Source: an uncultured bacterium
Lineage (GTDB): Bacteria; Zhuqueibacterota; QNDG01; DTFT01
Assembly (NCBI GenBank): GCA_963736115.1
Contig: CAVTNR010000009.1
Coordinates: 128,001-192,000, forward strand
Direction of reading: 5' to 3'
Length of the DNA: 64,000 nt
The translations under genes and the position numbers were made by a program. The notes under the pieces were generated by a model. The model did not search any database. It saw only the letters and a program-made list of their open reading frames with translations, and was not told where the DNA came from. This document shows, piece after piece, positions 8,267 to 19,014 of the stretch (position 1 is the first letter of the stretch; each line of letters begins with the position of its first letter).

Positions 8267-10131
8267 AGGGCCGTGGCCCCCAGCAGATCGTCGATTTCAA
8301 CGGCCAGAATGGAATTGATGTCCCTGCGGAAACCCATGTGCGAAAAATGAATCCGGCCGTCCCGGTCGATCAGGAAAAGGGCCGGCACGCCGGACAGGCG
8401 GTACGTCTGCTCCACGCCGCTGTTCAGCAGAACCGGAAGAACGATATTGTCCTTCCGGACGGCGCTCCGGACATCGGTTTTATTGCGGTCCATGGCCACG
8501 GTCAGAAAGAGTATGCTGCGGCCGTACTGGCCTGCCAGCGCATCGAGTTCTTCCATGAGCTTCATGGACGACTGACTCCAGGACGCCCAGAAGCAGAGCA
8601 GGACCACATTACCCTGCTGGTCCGAGAGCCGGACGCGTCCGCCCCGCGCGTCCTCGAGCAGAAAGTCCGGCGCGAGCCGCACCGAGCGCCTGCCGAGTAT
8701 GCGATCCCGGCTGGCGGTTTCGATCCACCGGGCCTGTTCGTCCAGGGACGCATCCGCCAGGAGCGTGTCGCGGCCCGTTTTTTTCCACAGGGAGCGGAAT
8801 GCCGCGTAAGCCGCGTCGCCGACCTCCCCGGAGAAAGCGGCCGCGCGGCCGTACTGGACCAACGCGTCCTCCCGCCGGCCGGCTTTTTCCAGCGCAATGC
8901 CCAGATGATAGAATGCCTTGCCCTGCAGAGGACCCTTCACGGCCTCCTGCAGTTCGGAGACGGCCGGAACGATTTCCCCCCTCTGGACATGCACCCAGCC
9001 GAGCACGGCGCGGAATCTGGACTCGGCCTCTTCGCGCTCCTCAACCGCTTCCGCCGATCCTCCTGCCGCGGCTTGTTCCGCGGCCAGAATTTCCATGGCC
9101 CGGCCCGCATAGGACAGGGACCGGTCCGGCTCGATTCCGAGGTCCGCGAACACGCCGGCCAGGCCGGCGAGCCCGTGGGCGCCGGTCAGCGTTGCCGCAC
9201 CGCGGAGCAGGCGGTCACCCGCGGCCGCCATGACCCGGCTGTCCCCGGTCTCGATGACCGCGGAAACGATCTGGCTCAGGGCCGGCTCCACGAATGAGGA
9301 CCCGGGAAAATCGGCGACAAACTGCTCCAGGCTCCGGATTCTCGCGTCCGCGTCCTCGATTCCGAGTATTTGCGTAAATCGCTTCCGGGCCGCGAGATCG
9401 CCTTTCGGGTCGCGGTCGATCTGGGACTTTTCCAGGGCTTCCGCCTTTTCCGTCCGGCCCATCATCCGGTAGGCGCTGACCGCGAACCGGACCGCGGACT
9501 CGCGGTCCTTTCCGGCGGCCAGAACGGAATCGATTTCCGCCTCGACACTGCGGCGTGTCGCTTCGTCGAAACCGCTGGTTTTCAGGCGGGCGGACGCGAG
9601 CAGCAGCCGGCCGGAATAATTTTTCGGATGGAACCGAAGTTCCCTGCGAAACGCCTCGATGGCCAGGGTCAGTTTTTCAGGCCTCAGTTCCGAAATGCCG
9701 GTGTAGGAAATGCCGATGGCCTCATAGGCGCCGAAAACAGGACGGCCCGCCGCGTCGACGACCGGCGCGTCGAACAGGTCCTGCCCGAGGTCGGGTCGGG
9801 TCCGCTCTCCGGCTGAATCAACGGTTTCGAAAGTGAAGAAGAGCGCCTTGATGCTGGTGTCCTTCAAGCTGTACCAAGCCCTCCAGACTCCGGTGGTCCG
9901 GGTCATTGGAATTTCGAAAGGGGGATCCGGCAGGCGCGGGAAAACCTGGAGCACAGGCGTTTCGCCCTCAACCAAACCTTCGGGAATCAGGGCCGGATCC
10001 AGCCGGAAGGAGATGTTTTCCCCATACCGGGGAGGAGCGTCGATTCCCGCGGCCTCGCGGCCGGAATCGGCCCCGATGCAGGCGGGGACAACAGCCGCGA
10101 AAACCAGTACAAACCGGATGATCCTTTTCAT
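8263..10131 (-). CDS. Secreted TPR-repeat protein with C-terminal TlpA/redoxin-like domain lacking CxxC
   Basis: GGAGG RBS and signal peptide; helical TPRs; APDFLLED...VVLLCFWASWSQSS...GVPALFLIDRDG. Confidence 0.8.
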   Translation of the reverse strand: MKRIIRFVLVFAAVVPACIGADSGREAAGIDAPPRYGENISFRLDPALIPEGLVEGETPVLQVFPRLPDPPFEIPMTRTTGVWRAWYSLKDTSIKALFFTFETVDSAGERTRPDLGQDLFDAPVVDAAGRPVFGAYEAIGISYTGISELRPEKLTLAIEAFRRELRFHPKNYSGRLLLASARLKTSGFDEATRRSVEAEIDSVLAAGKDRESAVRFAVSAYRMMGRTEKAEALEKSQIDRDPKGDLAARKRFTQILGIEDADARIRSLEQFVADFPGSSFVEPALSQIVSAVIETGDSRVMAAAGDRLLRGAATLTGAHGLAGLAGVFADLGIEPDRSLSYAGRAMEILAAEQAAAGGSAEAVEEREEAESRFRAVLGWVHVQRGEIVPAVSELQEAVKGPLQGKAFYHLGIALEKAGRREDALVQYGRAAAFSGEVGDAAYAAFRSLWKKTGRDTLLADASLDEQARWIETASRDRILGRRSVRLAPDFLLEDARGGRVRLSDQQGNVVLLCFWASWSQSSMKLMEELDALAGQYGRSILFLTVAMDRNKTDVRSAVRKDNIVLPVLLNSGVEQTYRLSGVPALFLIDRDGRIHFSHMGFRRDINSILAVEIDDLLGATAL

Positions 10132-10203
10132 GTAAACCTCCCAATGACGGGGGAATGACGTTAAAACTGCTGCGTGTCCGCCCGGCGGCACAGCTGAATG
10201 AAA

Positions 10204-11190
10204 TCAGGCGTTCTGAAGAGATAGGGCGGCCGGCTGCGCCAGGCCCAGTTCCCTGGCCGCGATTCCGAAACGCAGACCCCGGTCGCTCACCTTCACGGAC
10301 GGGATTCCGGCTGATTCCATCCAGATCCGGAGAATGAAAAGGCCGGCCGTCAGAATATCGGCCCGGTCCGGACCGAAGGTTTTTACAGTCTCACGGCGGA
10401 CGGATCGCGGCTGGCCGGCCAGTTTTTCCGCCCAGGTCCGCACGATCCGTACCCCCAGTTCCGTTCCGTCCACAACCGCGGCGTCGTACCGGTCAAGACC
10501 GAGTTCCAGGCCGGCCAGGGTTGTGGCCGTTCCTCCCACGCAGATGAAGGGAACGGACGGATCCTGAAGCGGGATGTCCGCCGCGAACGCGGAACGGATT
10601 GCATCCGTCATCATCGCCAGTTCAGCCGCTGAAGGCGGATCGCTCTTCAGATGCTTTTCCGTCAAAGTCACGGCGCCGATGGGCACACTGCGGGTTTGGT
10701 TGAGCACGGGGCCGTCTCCCGCGGCCCATTCCGTGCTCCCGCCCCCGATATCCATCACCACCGAGCGACCGGTTCCGGCAAGGCCGTGTACCACACCCAT
10801 GTAACTCCAGGCCGCCTCATCCTGTTCCTGAAGGACCTCTATTTTCAGGCCCGTTTCCCGGAGCAGCGCGGCCAGGGCCTCCTGACGGTTCGCGGCGGCC
10901 CTGAAAACCTGGGTGCCCGTGCACACGGGCGTTCCCGCTCCTGCCGCCCGGGCCAGCTCCTTCCACTCGGACAGAACCGCCGCTGTCCGCTCGATTTCTT
11001 CCTTGCCGATACGGCCCGAAGAAGCCAGACCGCGGCCGAGCCGCGTGGTCCGGATTTCCTGACGGATCGGCCGGACAACGGTTCCGTCGCTTTCCGCGAG
11101 CAGGAAGAGAACGGAATTCGTTCCGATGTCGATGACTGCAACCGGTCCGTTTTGCGGCAGGGAGCCGGGGCCCGCGGTTTGCGGGATCAC
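10204..11190 (-). CDS. Ppx/GppA family exopolyphosphatase (short form)
   Basis: IDIGTNS, TRLGRG, DIGGGSTE, GGTATT, RADILTAG, GLRFG. Confidence 0.9.
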   Translation of the reverse strand: MIPQTAGPGSLPQNGPVAVIDIGTNSVLFLLAESDGTVVRPIRQEIRTTRLGRGLASSGRIGKEEIERTAAVLSEWKELARAAGAGTPVCTGTQVFRAAANRQEALAALLRETGLKIEVLQEQDEAAWSYMGVVHGLAGTGRSVVMDIGGGSTEWAAGDGPVLNQTRSVPIGAVTLTEKHLKSDPPSAAELAMMTDAIRSAFAADIPLQDPSVPFICVGGTATTLAGLELGLDRYDAAVVDGTELGVRIVRTWAEKLAGQPRSVRRETVKTFGPDRADILTAGLFILRIWMESAGIPSVKVSDRGLRFGIAARELGLAQPAALSLQNA

Positions 11191-11194
11191 GGGA

Positions 11195-11953
11195 TCACTC
11201 CCCGGTCCTGAAACGGACCGTCCCGTTTTCCACCTCCAGCGGCGGGCTTTCGGCCGTGAATTCTCGGTCCCCGAATCCCGATATGTTCACCACGAATCCC
11301 AGTAGCCAGTCCCCGGCGGATTTGACCGGCGATCGCTTGCGACTGATGGACTTGGCGTTCAGGTCGTCCACTTCTCCGGAAAGCCAGCGGCCGATCTCGT
11401 GAAGGCTCTCCACGGACATGGGCTCGAACACCGCGCGGACCAGGATGTGATAGGTACGCCCCGGTTTCAGCCTGTCACGCCGCACAAGGCCGACGCCGCG
11501 GATGCGGCAGCAGTCGCGCTCCGCGGCCGTGTCCTCCTGAAACCGGGCCGTTCCGCCTGGACGCATCACCGTATAGCATCTTTCCCAGTTGTCGTATCCG
11601 AGCTTCATCCGCAGGACCGTCTCGTCGACGACCGCGTCGAACCATCCTTCGCGTTCGCCCCAGACCTGGATTTGGTATTCCAGGCCGGCGGTCATGCCCT
11701 TCTTGAGCGAGCGGAAAGTCTCACGGTCGAACAGACCGGACATTTCGAATCCGACGACCACCGTGTCCCCTGATACGCGGACGCTGTCGAACCGGCACTG
11801 GCCGGCGACGGTCCGGCCGGACAGAAGGAGCAAAGCGGATAGAACCGCCGGCCGCAGACCGCGAACCGGACCGCGGGAAAATCGGGACCGCGCCCGACGC
11901 TGCGGAATCGGCCCCGATCGGACCTCAACTATTTCTCCTGCGGAACTGGGCAA
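11195..11953 (-). CDS. DUF4390-like exported protein (start uncertain)
   Basis: Signal-like hydrophobic stretch, then SLKKGMTAGLEYQIQVW...WFD...YDNWERCY pattern. Confidence 0.6.
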   Translation of the reverse strand: MPSSAGEIVEVRSGPIPQRRARSRFSRGPVRGLRPAVLSALLLLSGRTVAGQCRFDSVRVSGDTVVVGFEMSGLFDRETFRSLKKGMTAGLEYQIQVWGEREGWFDAVVDETVLRMKLGYDNWERCYTVMRPGGTARFQEDTAAERDCCRIRGVGLVRRDRLKPGRTYHILVRAVFEPMSVESLHEIGRWLSGEVDDLNAKSISRKRSPVKSAGDWLLGFVVNISGFGDREFTAESPPLEVENGTVRFRTGE

Positions 11954-11955
11954 GG

Positions 11956-13155
11956 TCAGTAGGTCATTATCATTTTCCGGGTCCGGGTGAACGTCCCGTC
12001 CGCGGATCGGACTTCAAGCCTGTAGAAATAAACGCCGCTGGGCATGCGTCTGCCGGCCTTGTCCGTGCCGTTCCAGACGACGCGGTGGTTGCCCGGGGAG
12101 CGGAATCCGGATTCCAGAACAGTCACCGGCTTTCCGAGAATGTCGAGCACCGTCAGGGTCACATCCCCTGCCGCGGTCAGCCGGTAATGCATGGCCGTGG
12201 CGGGATTGAACGGGTTCGGGTGGTTCTGGCCCAGTTCGCAACGCTCCGGCAGTACAGCGGTCGGACCGCATCCGGGGTCGCATTCCACCGCGCTCGGCAC
12301 ATTGGTCGAGGCAAGCCTCATGAGAAATCCCGCGTCCGTGAACTGGGAATTTTTTTCACTCGAGTGGCTGGCCGCTTCGAGAACCAGTCCGACATCCTTC
12401 GCGTACCAGTCATACACAATGAGCGTGTCCACGCTCAGCGTCAGGTAAGTGCCGAACAGCAACGCCTTGAGCGTCAGATGCCGCGTGGCCTTCACCCGCA
12501 CGCAGTCAAAAGCGCCGAGCGGAATCGTCAGGCGGCCTGCGGCGTCGACTTCCATGACGGAGCTGTCCTTCGTGACCAGCGTGGTCGACAGTGCCCCGAT
12601 CGAGGCGGGCGCGGAAAACTCGTACTTCTTGAGCCATGTCTTCCCGATGGCCATGGGGAAGGCCAGTTCGGCGCACGGCTGGGTGAAGGCGAACCCGCCC
12701 GCATAAATGGGGGACACGGCGCCCATTCCGTTCCCCTGAAGAATGCCGTCCGCCGGAAGCATCTTCTGATAATAATACACTTCAAAGAAGCCTTCCAGTC
12801 CGGAGGGGAAAACGATGGGGATGGGATCAACGGACAGCCATTGCCAGGTTTTGATTGCCCGCTCCGCTCCGGGCACGGATGCGCCGTAAAGCGTCTCGGA
12901 AGGGAGGACATAGTCCATTCCGATCTGCCTGCCGTGAATGGCCTGGGTAAAATCCCATGTCTGGTTCTCTCCGGCCGGGCCGATGACCACGGCCGCGTGA
13001 CCCGTGGTGTCCGTATCCAGGCGGTTGCGTGTTCCGACGTCCGGGTAATCCTCAAGCTGGAGCGTGACTGTCGCGGCCGTGAAGCTGGACGCGCCGAAGA
13101 CTGCCAGAGCGAGAAGCCACCTGCGGATTCCGAAAGAATGCGTTTTGGGTTTCAT
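11956..13155 (-). CDS. Secreted protein with FlgD/T9SS-like C-terminal domain
   Basis: Signal peptide; GPAGENQTWDF and DAAGRLTIPLGAF motifs; NHPNPFNP...WNGTD...SGVYFYRL...KM. Confidence 0.8.
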   Translation of the reverse strand: MKPKTHSFGIRRWLLALAVFGASSFTAATVTLQLEDYPDVGTRNRLDTDTTGHAAVVIGPAGENQTWDFTQAIHGRQIGMDYVLPSETLYGASVPGAERAIKTWQWLSVDPIPIVFPSGLEGFFEVYYYQKMLPADGILQGNGMGAVSPIYAGGFAFTQPCAELAFPMAIGKTWLKKYEFSAPASIGALSTTLVTKDSSVMEVDAAGRLTIPLGAFDCVRVKATRHLTLKALLFGTYLTLSVDTLIVYDWYAKDVGLVLEAASHSSEKNSQFTDAGFLMRLASTNVPSAVECDPGCGPTAVLPERCELGQNHPNPFNPATAMHYRLTAAGDVTLTVLDILGKPVTVLESGFRSPGNHRVVWNGTDKAGRRMPSGVYFYRLEVRSADGTFTRTRKMIMTY

Positions 13156-13328
13156 ATGGAAAAACCTCCCCTTTCCTGCTATGTGCATTCGAAAAGACGG
13201 CCGGGCACGCCTTCTGACTTCCGGGTCGCCACGGCCGCGTTTCCCCCGGCCTGTCCGGGGTGGAAACCGGGCTCAGGCCTGAAACCGGCTTGCGGCTGGA
13301 CCGCCCTGATGCCGGTCCCGGCCGGCCG

Positions 13329-14696
13329 CTATCCGCGTCCTCCGGCCAATGCTTCCACCTCACGGACGAAACCGTCCGCCAGACGGCCCGCTTCCTCCGC
13401 GGTTTTCGCTTCAGTCATGATGCGGATGATGGGTTCGGTGTTCGATTTGCGTATCTGAATCCAGGAGTCCGGCCTCTCGATCTTGAGGCCGTCCATCCAG
13501 TTACACGTCTCGGAAGCGTACTTTTCTCCCAATTTTTTCAATAAATTGTCCGGATCCGCGCTTCCGATTTCCAGCTTCTTCTTGGCCATGAAATAACGCG
13601 GCAGTTCTTCGCGCAGGCCGGACACGGTTTTTCCCGACTCGGCCATGGCCTGCAGGGTCAGGGCCACGGCCACGGGCGCGTCCCGGCCGAGGTGCACTTC
13701 GGGCAGGATCACGCCGCCGTTCCCCTCGCCGCCCACGGCCGCCCCGATCTCCTTCATTTTCTTGGCCACGTGGATCTCGCCGACCTTGGTCCGCACCACG
13801 GGAACACCCGCCCGTGCCGCCACGTCGTCCACGGCCCGCGTGGTGGACACATTCACCACCACGGTTCCCCTCTTCTTCGTGAGCACGAACCGGGAGGCGA
13901 GCGTCACCGTGTATTCCTCTCCGATGAACTCGCCTCTTTCGGATACGATGGCGCACCGATCCACGTCCGGATCCACGGCGAAACCCACGTCCGATTTTGT
14001 CGAGCGGACGAAATCGGAAAGGCCTGTGAGGTTCTGGGCGAGCGGCTCGGGCGTGTGGCTGAACCGTCCATGCGGCTCCGCGTTCAGGGCCGCGATCTCG
14101 CACCCGAAAGCCGAGAGCAGGTCCGGCAGGATGACCCCGCCCGCGCCGTTGACGGAATCGAAGGCCGCCTTGAATTTCCGCTTCCGGATGAGGCCGACAT
14201 CGATGAACGGGATGGCCAGCACGGCTTCGATGTGATCCTGCACCGCGTCCGTCCTGGACGAGGCCTGTCCGACCTTGTCCCAGGGTTTATAGGCGAACGC
14301 GCCCGATTCCGCGATCCGTTTGATTTCCAGGCCCTGCTCCTCGTCGAGGAACATGCCGGTCTTGTCGAGAAGCTTGAGCGCGTTCCATTCCGCGGGATTG
14401 TGGCTGGCCGTGATGACGATGCCGCCGGCCGCGCCGTGGCGCTCCGTGGCGAGCTGAACCGTGGGCGTGGGCACGATGCCCAGGTCCACGGGATCGCACC
14501 CCACGGACATGAGCGCCGAGAACACCGCGCCCCGGACCATTTCGCCCGTGACGCGCGAATCCCTGCCGACCATCACCTTCCCGGGGCCGTACAACGTGCC
14601 TGCCGCGGCCGTGTAACGGACGAGCAGTTCGGGCGTGAGACCGTCTCCGACAATGCCGCGGATTCCGGAGACGCTGATCATGACGGGTTTGGGCAT
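13329..14696 (-). CDS. glmM: Phosphoglucosamine mutase / alpha-D-phosphohexomutase
   Basis: SVSGIRG, TASHNP (phospho-Ser), DPDVDR, GEGNGG, RKSNTEP. Confidence 0.85.
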   Translation of the reverse strand: MPKPVMISVSGIRGIVGDGLTPELLVRYTAAAGTLYGPGKVMVGRDSRVTGEMVRGAVFSALMSVGCDPVDLGIVPTPTVQLATERHGAAGGIVITASHNPAEWNALKLLDKTGMFLDEEQGLEIKRIAESGAFAYKPWDKVGQASSRTDAVQDHIEAVLAIPFIDVGLIRKRKFKAAFDSVNGAGGVILPDLLSAFGCEIAALNAEPHGRFSHTPEPLAQNLTGLSDFVRSTKSDVGFAVDPDVDRCAIVSERGEFIGEEYTVTLASRFVLTKKRGTVVVNVSTTRAVDDVAARAGVPVVRTKVGEIHVAKKMKEIGAAVGGEGNGGVILPEVHLGRDAPVAVALTLQAMAESGKTVSGLREELPRYFMAKKKLEIGSADPDNLLKKLGEKYASETCNWMDGLKIERPDSWIQIRKSNTEPIIRIMTEAKTAEEAGRLADGFVREVEALAGGRG

Positions 14697-14730
14697 GCAG
14701 TCCATTCCTGAATGGTTGGTTTTCGGTCTT

Positions 14731-14759
14731 AATGTAATATTAATTTTGGACTTTGGCAA
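14731..14759 (-). promoter_or_regulatory. sigma70-type promoter for glmM
   Basis: TTGCCA-17 nt-TACATT. Confidence 0.6.
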
Positions 14760-14837
14760 TAAGGATGTAAAAAGGAACGATCCTATCGCCGCTGGGGGGA
14801 TTTCGTTTCAGGCGAGCGGTTCGGCGATGGATGCCGG

Positions 14838-16028
14838 TCAATCCGTAAACTTTTTCAACAACCGCGAAAGAAGAAAAGCGCACCCCGCCCCGAAACCCGC
14901 GAGCCCCACAATGTGCGGCAGAACGGCCTCGAAGCCCCTGCCGTACGAGATCAGGAGGTGCAGGCCGCGGAGCGCGATGCCGGACGGCAGAACCAGGGCC
15001 ACCTTCTGCATCCAGGCCGGCGCGATCTCGAGGGGCCACCAGCATCCCGAAACGGCCGCCATGAACAGGCCGGAGACGATGGCGATGCCGATCAGCTTGT
15101 CATGCTCTTTAACCGCGAACCCGAGACAAAGCCCCATGGCGGCGACGCAGACGCAATAGGCCGCGACGAGCAGAAGAAGGCCGGGGAGCGAAGAGCCGTA
15201 ATACACACCGAAAGCGAACCGGCCGATCAGGAGCAGAAGCCCGGCCTGAAACAGGCCGAGAGTCGACGCGCCGGCGAGCTTGGAAAGGAAGAGCTGACGG
15301 AATCCGACGGGTGCGGTCCGTATCCGCTTCAGCACGCCTTTCCTGCGCTCCTCGTAGATGAAGGATCCGGCGTACACAAACAGAAAAATCATCCCGAACT
15401 GGACTATGTTGGCTGGCACCTGCTGGGAGAACCCGGACGGTATAACACGGTGGCGTCCCGCGTAGGACGTCTGAACCGTGACCCGCGGGCTCCGGCCGTC
15501 CAGTCCGGACAGTGATTTTTGCGTGATCCTTTTTCCGGACGCCGAGGTTTCGGCCGCGTCCGCGAGCAGGCGGAAGGACGCCTTGCGCACGGCCATGATC
15601 GCCGTCTGCTCGGCTTCGATGTTGGAATCCGGGCATTTGCGGAGCACCAGATGGACCTTTTCCCCGCGGAGCAGGCTGTCCGTGAACCCGGCGGGAATGA
15701 TCAGGGCGCGGACCAGCTCCGACCCGGGCCGGCCTGAAGCGGAATCCGTCACCACGGCTCCGGAAGCCGGCCGGAACACGCTGTTCAGGGAATCGAGGAT
15801 GACGTTTTCAGAACCGATGGACGCGATCAGTCTCTGCGAGAGGAATCCTGCGTCCCGGTTCTCCACCGCGAGGCTGGCCCAGGACCGGCTCGGATCGTTA
15901 CCGCCGCGGAACGCGCTGCCGAAAATGAAGATATAGACAACCGGCATGATGAACATCCAGAAAAGCGTGGCCTTATCCCTGAAGCAGACGACCCAGAACT
16001 GCCGGATCAGATGTCCCGTCACGCCCAT
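14838..16028 (-). CDS. ABC-2 type exporter permease
   Basis: N-terminal TM, large extracellular loop, EERRKGVLKRI, five C-terminal TMs, WMQKVALVLP. Confidence 0.9.
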   Translation of the reverse strand: MGVTGHLIRQFWVVCFRDKATLFWMFIMPVVYIFIFGSAFRGGNDPSRSWASLAVENRDAGFLSQRLIASIGSENVILDSLNSVFRPASGAVVTDSASGRPGSELVRALIIPAGFTDSLLRGEKVHLVLRKCPDSNIEAEQTAIMAVRKASFRLLADAAETSASGKRITQKSLSGLDGRSPRVTVQTSYAGRHRVIPSGFSQQVPANIVQFGMIFLFVYAGSFIYEERRKGVLKRIRTAPVGFRQLFLSKLAGASTLGLFQAGLLLLIGRFAFGVYYGSSLPGLLLLVAAYCVCVAAMGLCLGFAVKEHDKLIGIAIVSGLFMAAVSGCWWPLEIAPAWMQKVALVLPSGIALRGLHLLISYGRGFEAVLPHIVGLAGFGAGCAFLLSRLLKKFTD

Positions 16029-17268
16029 GCCGCCGCCTTTCTCCTGAGCAGGAAGAAAGACAGGACCAGGAAAAACCATGCGATCAGGGAGAGAAAAAGG
16101 AAGGGATGGAAGAGGGCCACCGGACCCGAATGCTGCAGAAGGATTCCCTGCAGGCCTTTGACGCCCCAATAAACCGGAGACACGAACGCCGCCTTCTGCA
16201 GGAATTCTGGAAGATTCCGAATCGGGAGCATGGATCCGCCCAGCATGCTGAAGGTGATGATGACAGCCGGAGAGAAAGCCTGGGCTTGCGACAGGGTCCG
16301 GGTCAGGCCCTGTATCATGAAAACCACTCCCGTGAGCGCGGCCACCATCACCACGGAGAACGGGAGGAACAGAAGGAGCTGGCCGGCATCCATCCGGACG
16401 CCGAACAGGACGGCGGCCCCGGTCCACACCAGAGCATGGGCCACAAGCCCGCTGAGAAAAACAAACAGGATCTTGGCCCCGACCAGCGACGAGAGAGAAG
16501 CCGGACCGGCGCGGAGCCGGAGCAGGGTTTTCTTCTGACGCTCCTCATGGATGTCCCGGGACAGCACGTCGAGTATGAACAAAAGACACATGACCGACAG
16601 ACCGGACAGAATGTCCGCGTAGATGTCGTAGGAATCGGACCCGGTTTTTCGCGGCGCCGCGGATCGGAAATTCAGTCCGATTTTCGGAGGGATGAGGTAA
16701 TCCGAAACCCGGTCCACGAGCCGGCTGAACTGCACAGCCACGGCCGCAACCTCCCAGTCCGAAGGACTTTCCTTCCGCTCCGACTGGACGCGGATGTTCT
16801 CCAGGGGAGCCCCGGCGATCCGAACGAATCGGTCCCCGGCCTCGGCGAACAGGCGGACCGTCTCCTCCGCGATCTTTGGGCCGAACGATTCGGACGGGTT
16901 CTTGACCAGAAGCAGTTCGGTCGGCCGCCGGTTCAACAGGGAGTCGCCGAATCCGGCCGGGACGATCAGCAGCGCGGACGCTTTCCCCTGATCCATGAGG
17001 GCGCGTCCGGTGTCACCCTGCACGGGCCGGACATCGAACAGGTTGGCCAGCTCGCCCTGACTGAAGGCGGTTTTCAGCATTTTCGACGCGATGCTCCCGT
17101 CCCTGTCATCGAACAGAAGCCCGATTCGGATCTGCCTTTCCTCGCCTCCGGACGGCCCGAACGCGAGACCGATCAGCAGGGCGAATAGAAGCGGCATGAC
17201 GAGCAGCAGTACGAATCCGCCCGGATTCCGCATCCGCCGGAGCATGTCCTTATGAAGCAGCCGGCCGA

Positions 17269-17272
<4 letters not shown>
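16019..17272 (-). CDS. ABC-2 type exporter permease
   Basis: EERQKKTLLRL, LGGSMLP, LPEFLQKAAFVSPVYW; TTG start overlaps upstream stop. Confidence 0.9.
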
Positions 17273-18195
<923 letters not shown>

Positions 18196-18208
18196 GCGGA
18201 CCCCGGGA

Positions 18209-18256
18209 GAATGCGTTCGAATGTTCAAGCGTGTCAACGTGTTAACGCGCCAATGT
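18209..18256. repeat. Degenerate 8-bp tandem array (consensus NNNAAYGT x6)
   Basis: gaatgcgt tcgaatgt tcaagcgt gtcaacgt gttaacgc gccaatgt; related array at 60415-60450. Confidence 0.65.
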
Positions 18257-18351
18257 GTATGTATACGTCCCCCCGGCCATGGGGTTGCCTGAAAATGGAC
18301 CAGGCGCCCCGGTCCGGGACGCCTGGCAGGCTTAAGCGGATAACCGGCTGT

Positions 18352-18885
18352 TCAGTTGCCGTGCCGCACGGACCGGGCCAGGCCGGTCAGCATGCGGGCC
18401 ACCTCGTCCACGGCCATCAGAATCTCCTCGGGTTCCTTCAGGAAGCCGAGATCCCGGGACAGAATCAGGTAGTATTTCAGCTCCTCGATGGCGTCCTGGC
18501 TCATGCGGTACGAGACTTCCTTGTCACGGGGATGCCGGCGCATGAAACCCTCGGCGATTTTCGCGGGGATGACCGTTGCGGTCCCGCGGATATTGCGCGC
18601 CATTTCCTCCCGCTCTTCCTTGGGGAATTTCCGTGTGAGCGCGAACACCTCCAGCGCGAGCTTGTGCGCCTTCTGCCAGACGTTCAATTGCTGGAAATCG
18701 GTAAGCTTCTCGGCTGGCACCGAGGATTCGTTCCGGTGATCGTTCCGATGATCGTCCCGGCGGTCGTTCCGATGCTCTTGCCTGCGATCATTCCGATGTT
18801 CGTTCCTGTGTTCGTTCCTGTGTTCGTTCCTGTTTTCATTCCTGTCCGGTACCGGGGCCTGGGACTCTTTGGTGAATATGGACAT
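18352..18885 (-). CDS. Four-helix bundle protein (23S rRNA IVP/TIGR02436-like) with N-terminal RN[ED]x repeats
   Basis: FQQLNVWQKAHKLALEVFALTRKFPKEE...IPAKIAEG...ELKYYLILSRDLGFL...EVARMLTGL. Confidence 0.9.
   Translation of the reverse strand: MSIFTKESQAPVPDRNENRNEHRNEHRNEHRNDRRQEHRNDRRDDHRNDHRNESSVPAEKLTDFQQLNVWQKAHKLALEVFALTRKFPKEEREEMARNIRGTATVIPAKIAEGFMRRHPRDKEVSYRMSQDAIEELKYYLILSRDLGFLKEPEEILMAVDEVARMLTGLARSVRHGN
18727..18846 (-). repeat. In-frame 12-bp tandem repeat x10 encoding RNEN/RNEH/RNDR/RQEH/RDDH
   Basis: Plus-strand units such as GTGTTCGTTCCT in perfect tandem, with degenerate copies on either side. Confidence 0.9.
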
Positions 18886-19014
18886 TGCATTTCCTTTCGT
18901 TCGTTTTAAACGGCTTCAGTTGCGGCGGCCTGGAACGGCCCGCGTAAAGACCGCGGATCAGAACCAGCCCGCACGGCGCCGGGACTCCGCCGGAAGAGCC
19001 CGGGATTCCGTTTT

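Noticed and set aside
18352-18885. Diversity-generating retroelement suggested by an Avd-like protein
   Set aside because: No reverse transcriptase and no TR/VR pair with adenine-specific mismatches seen in the window.
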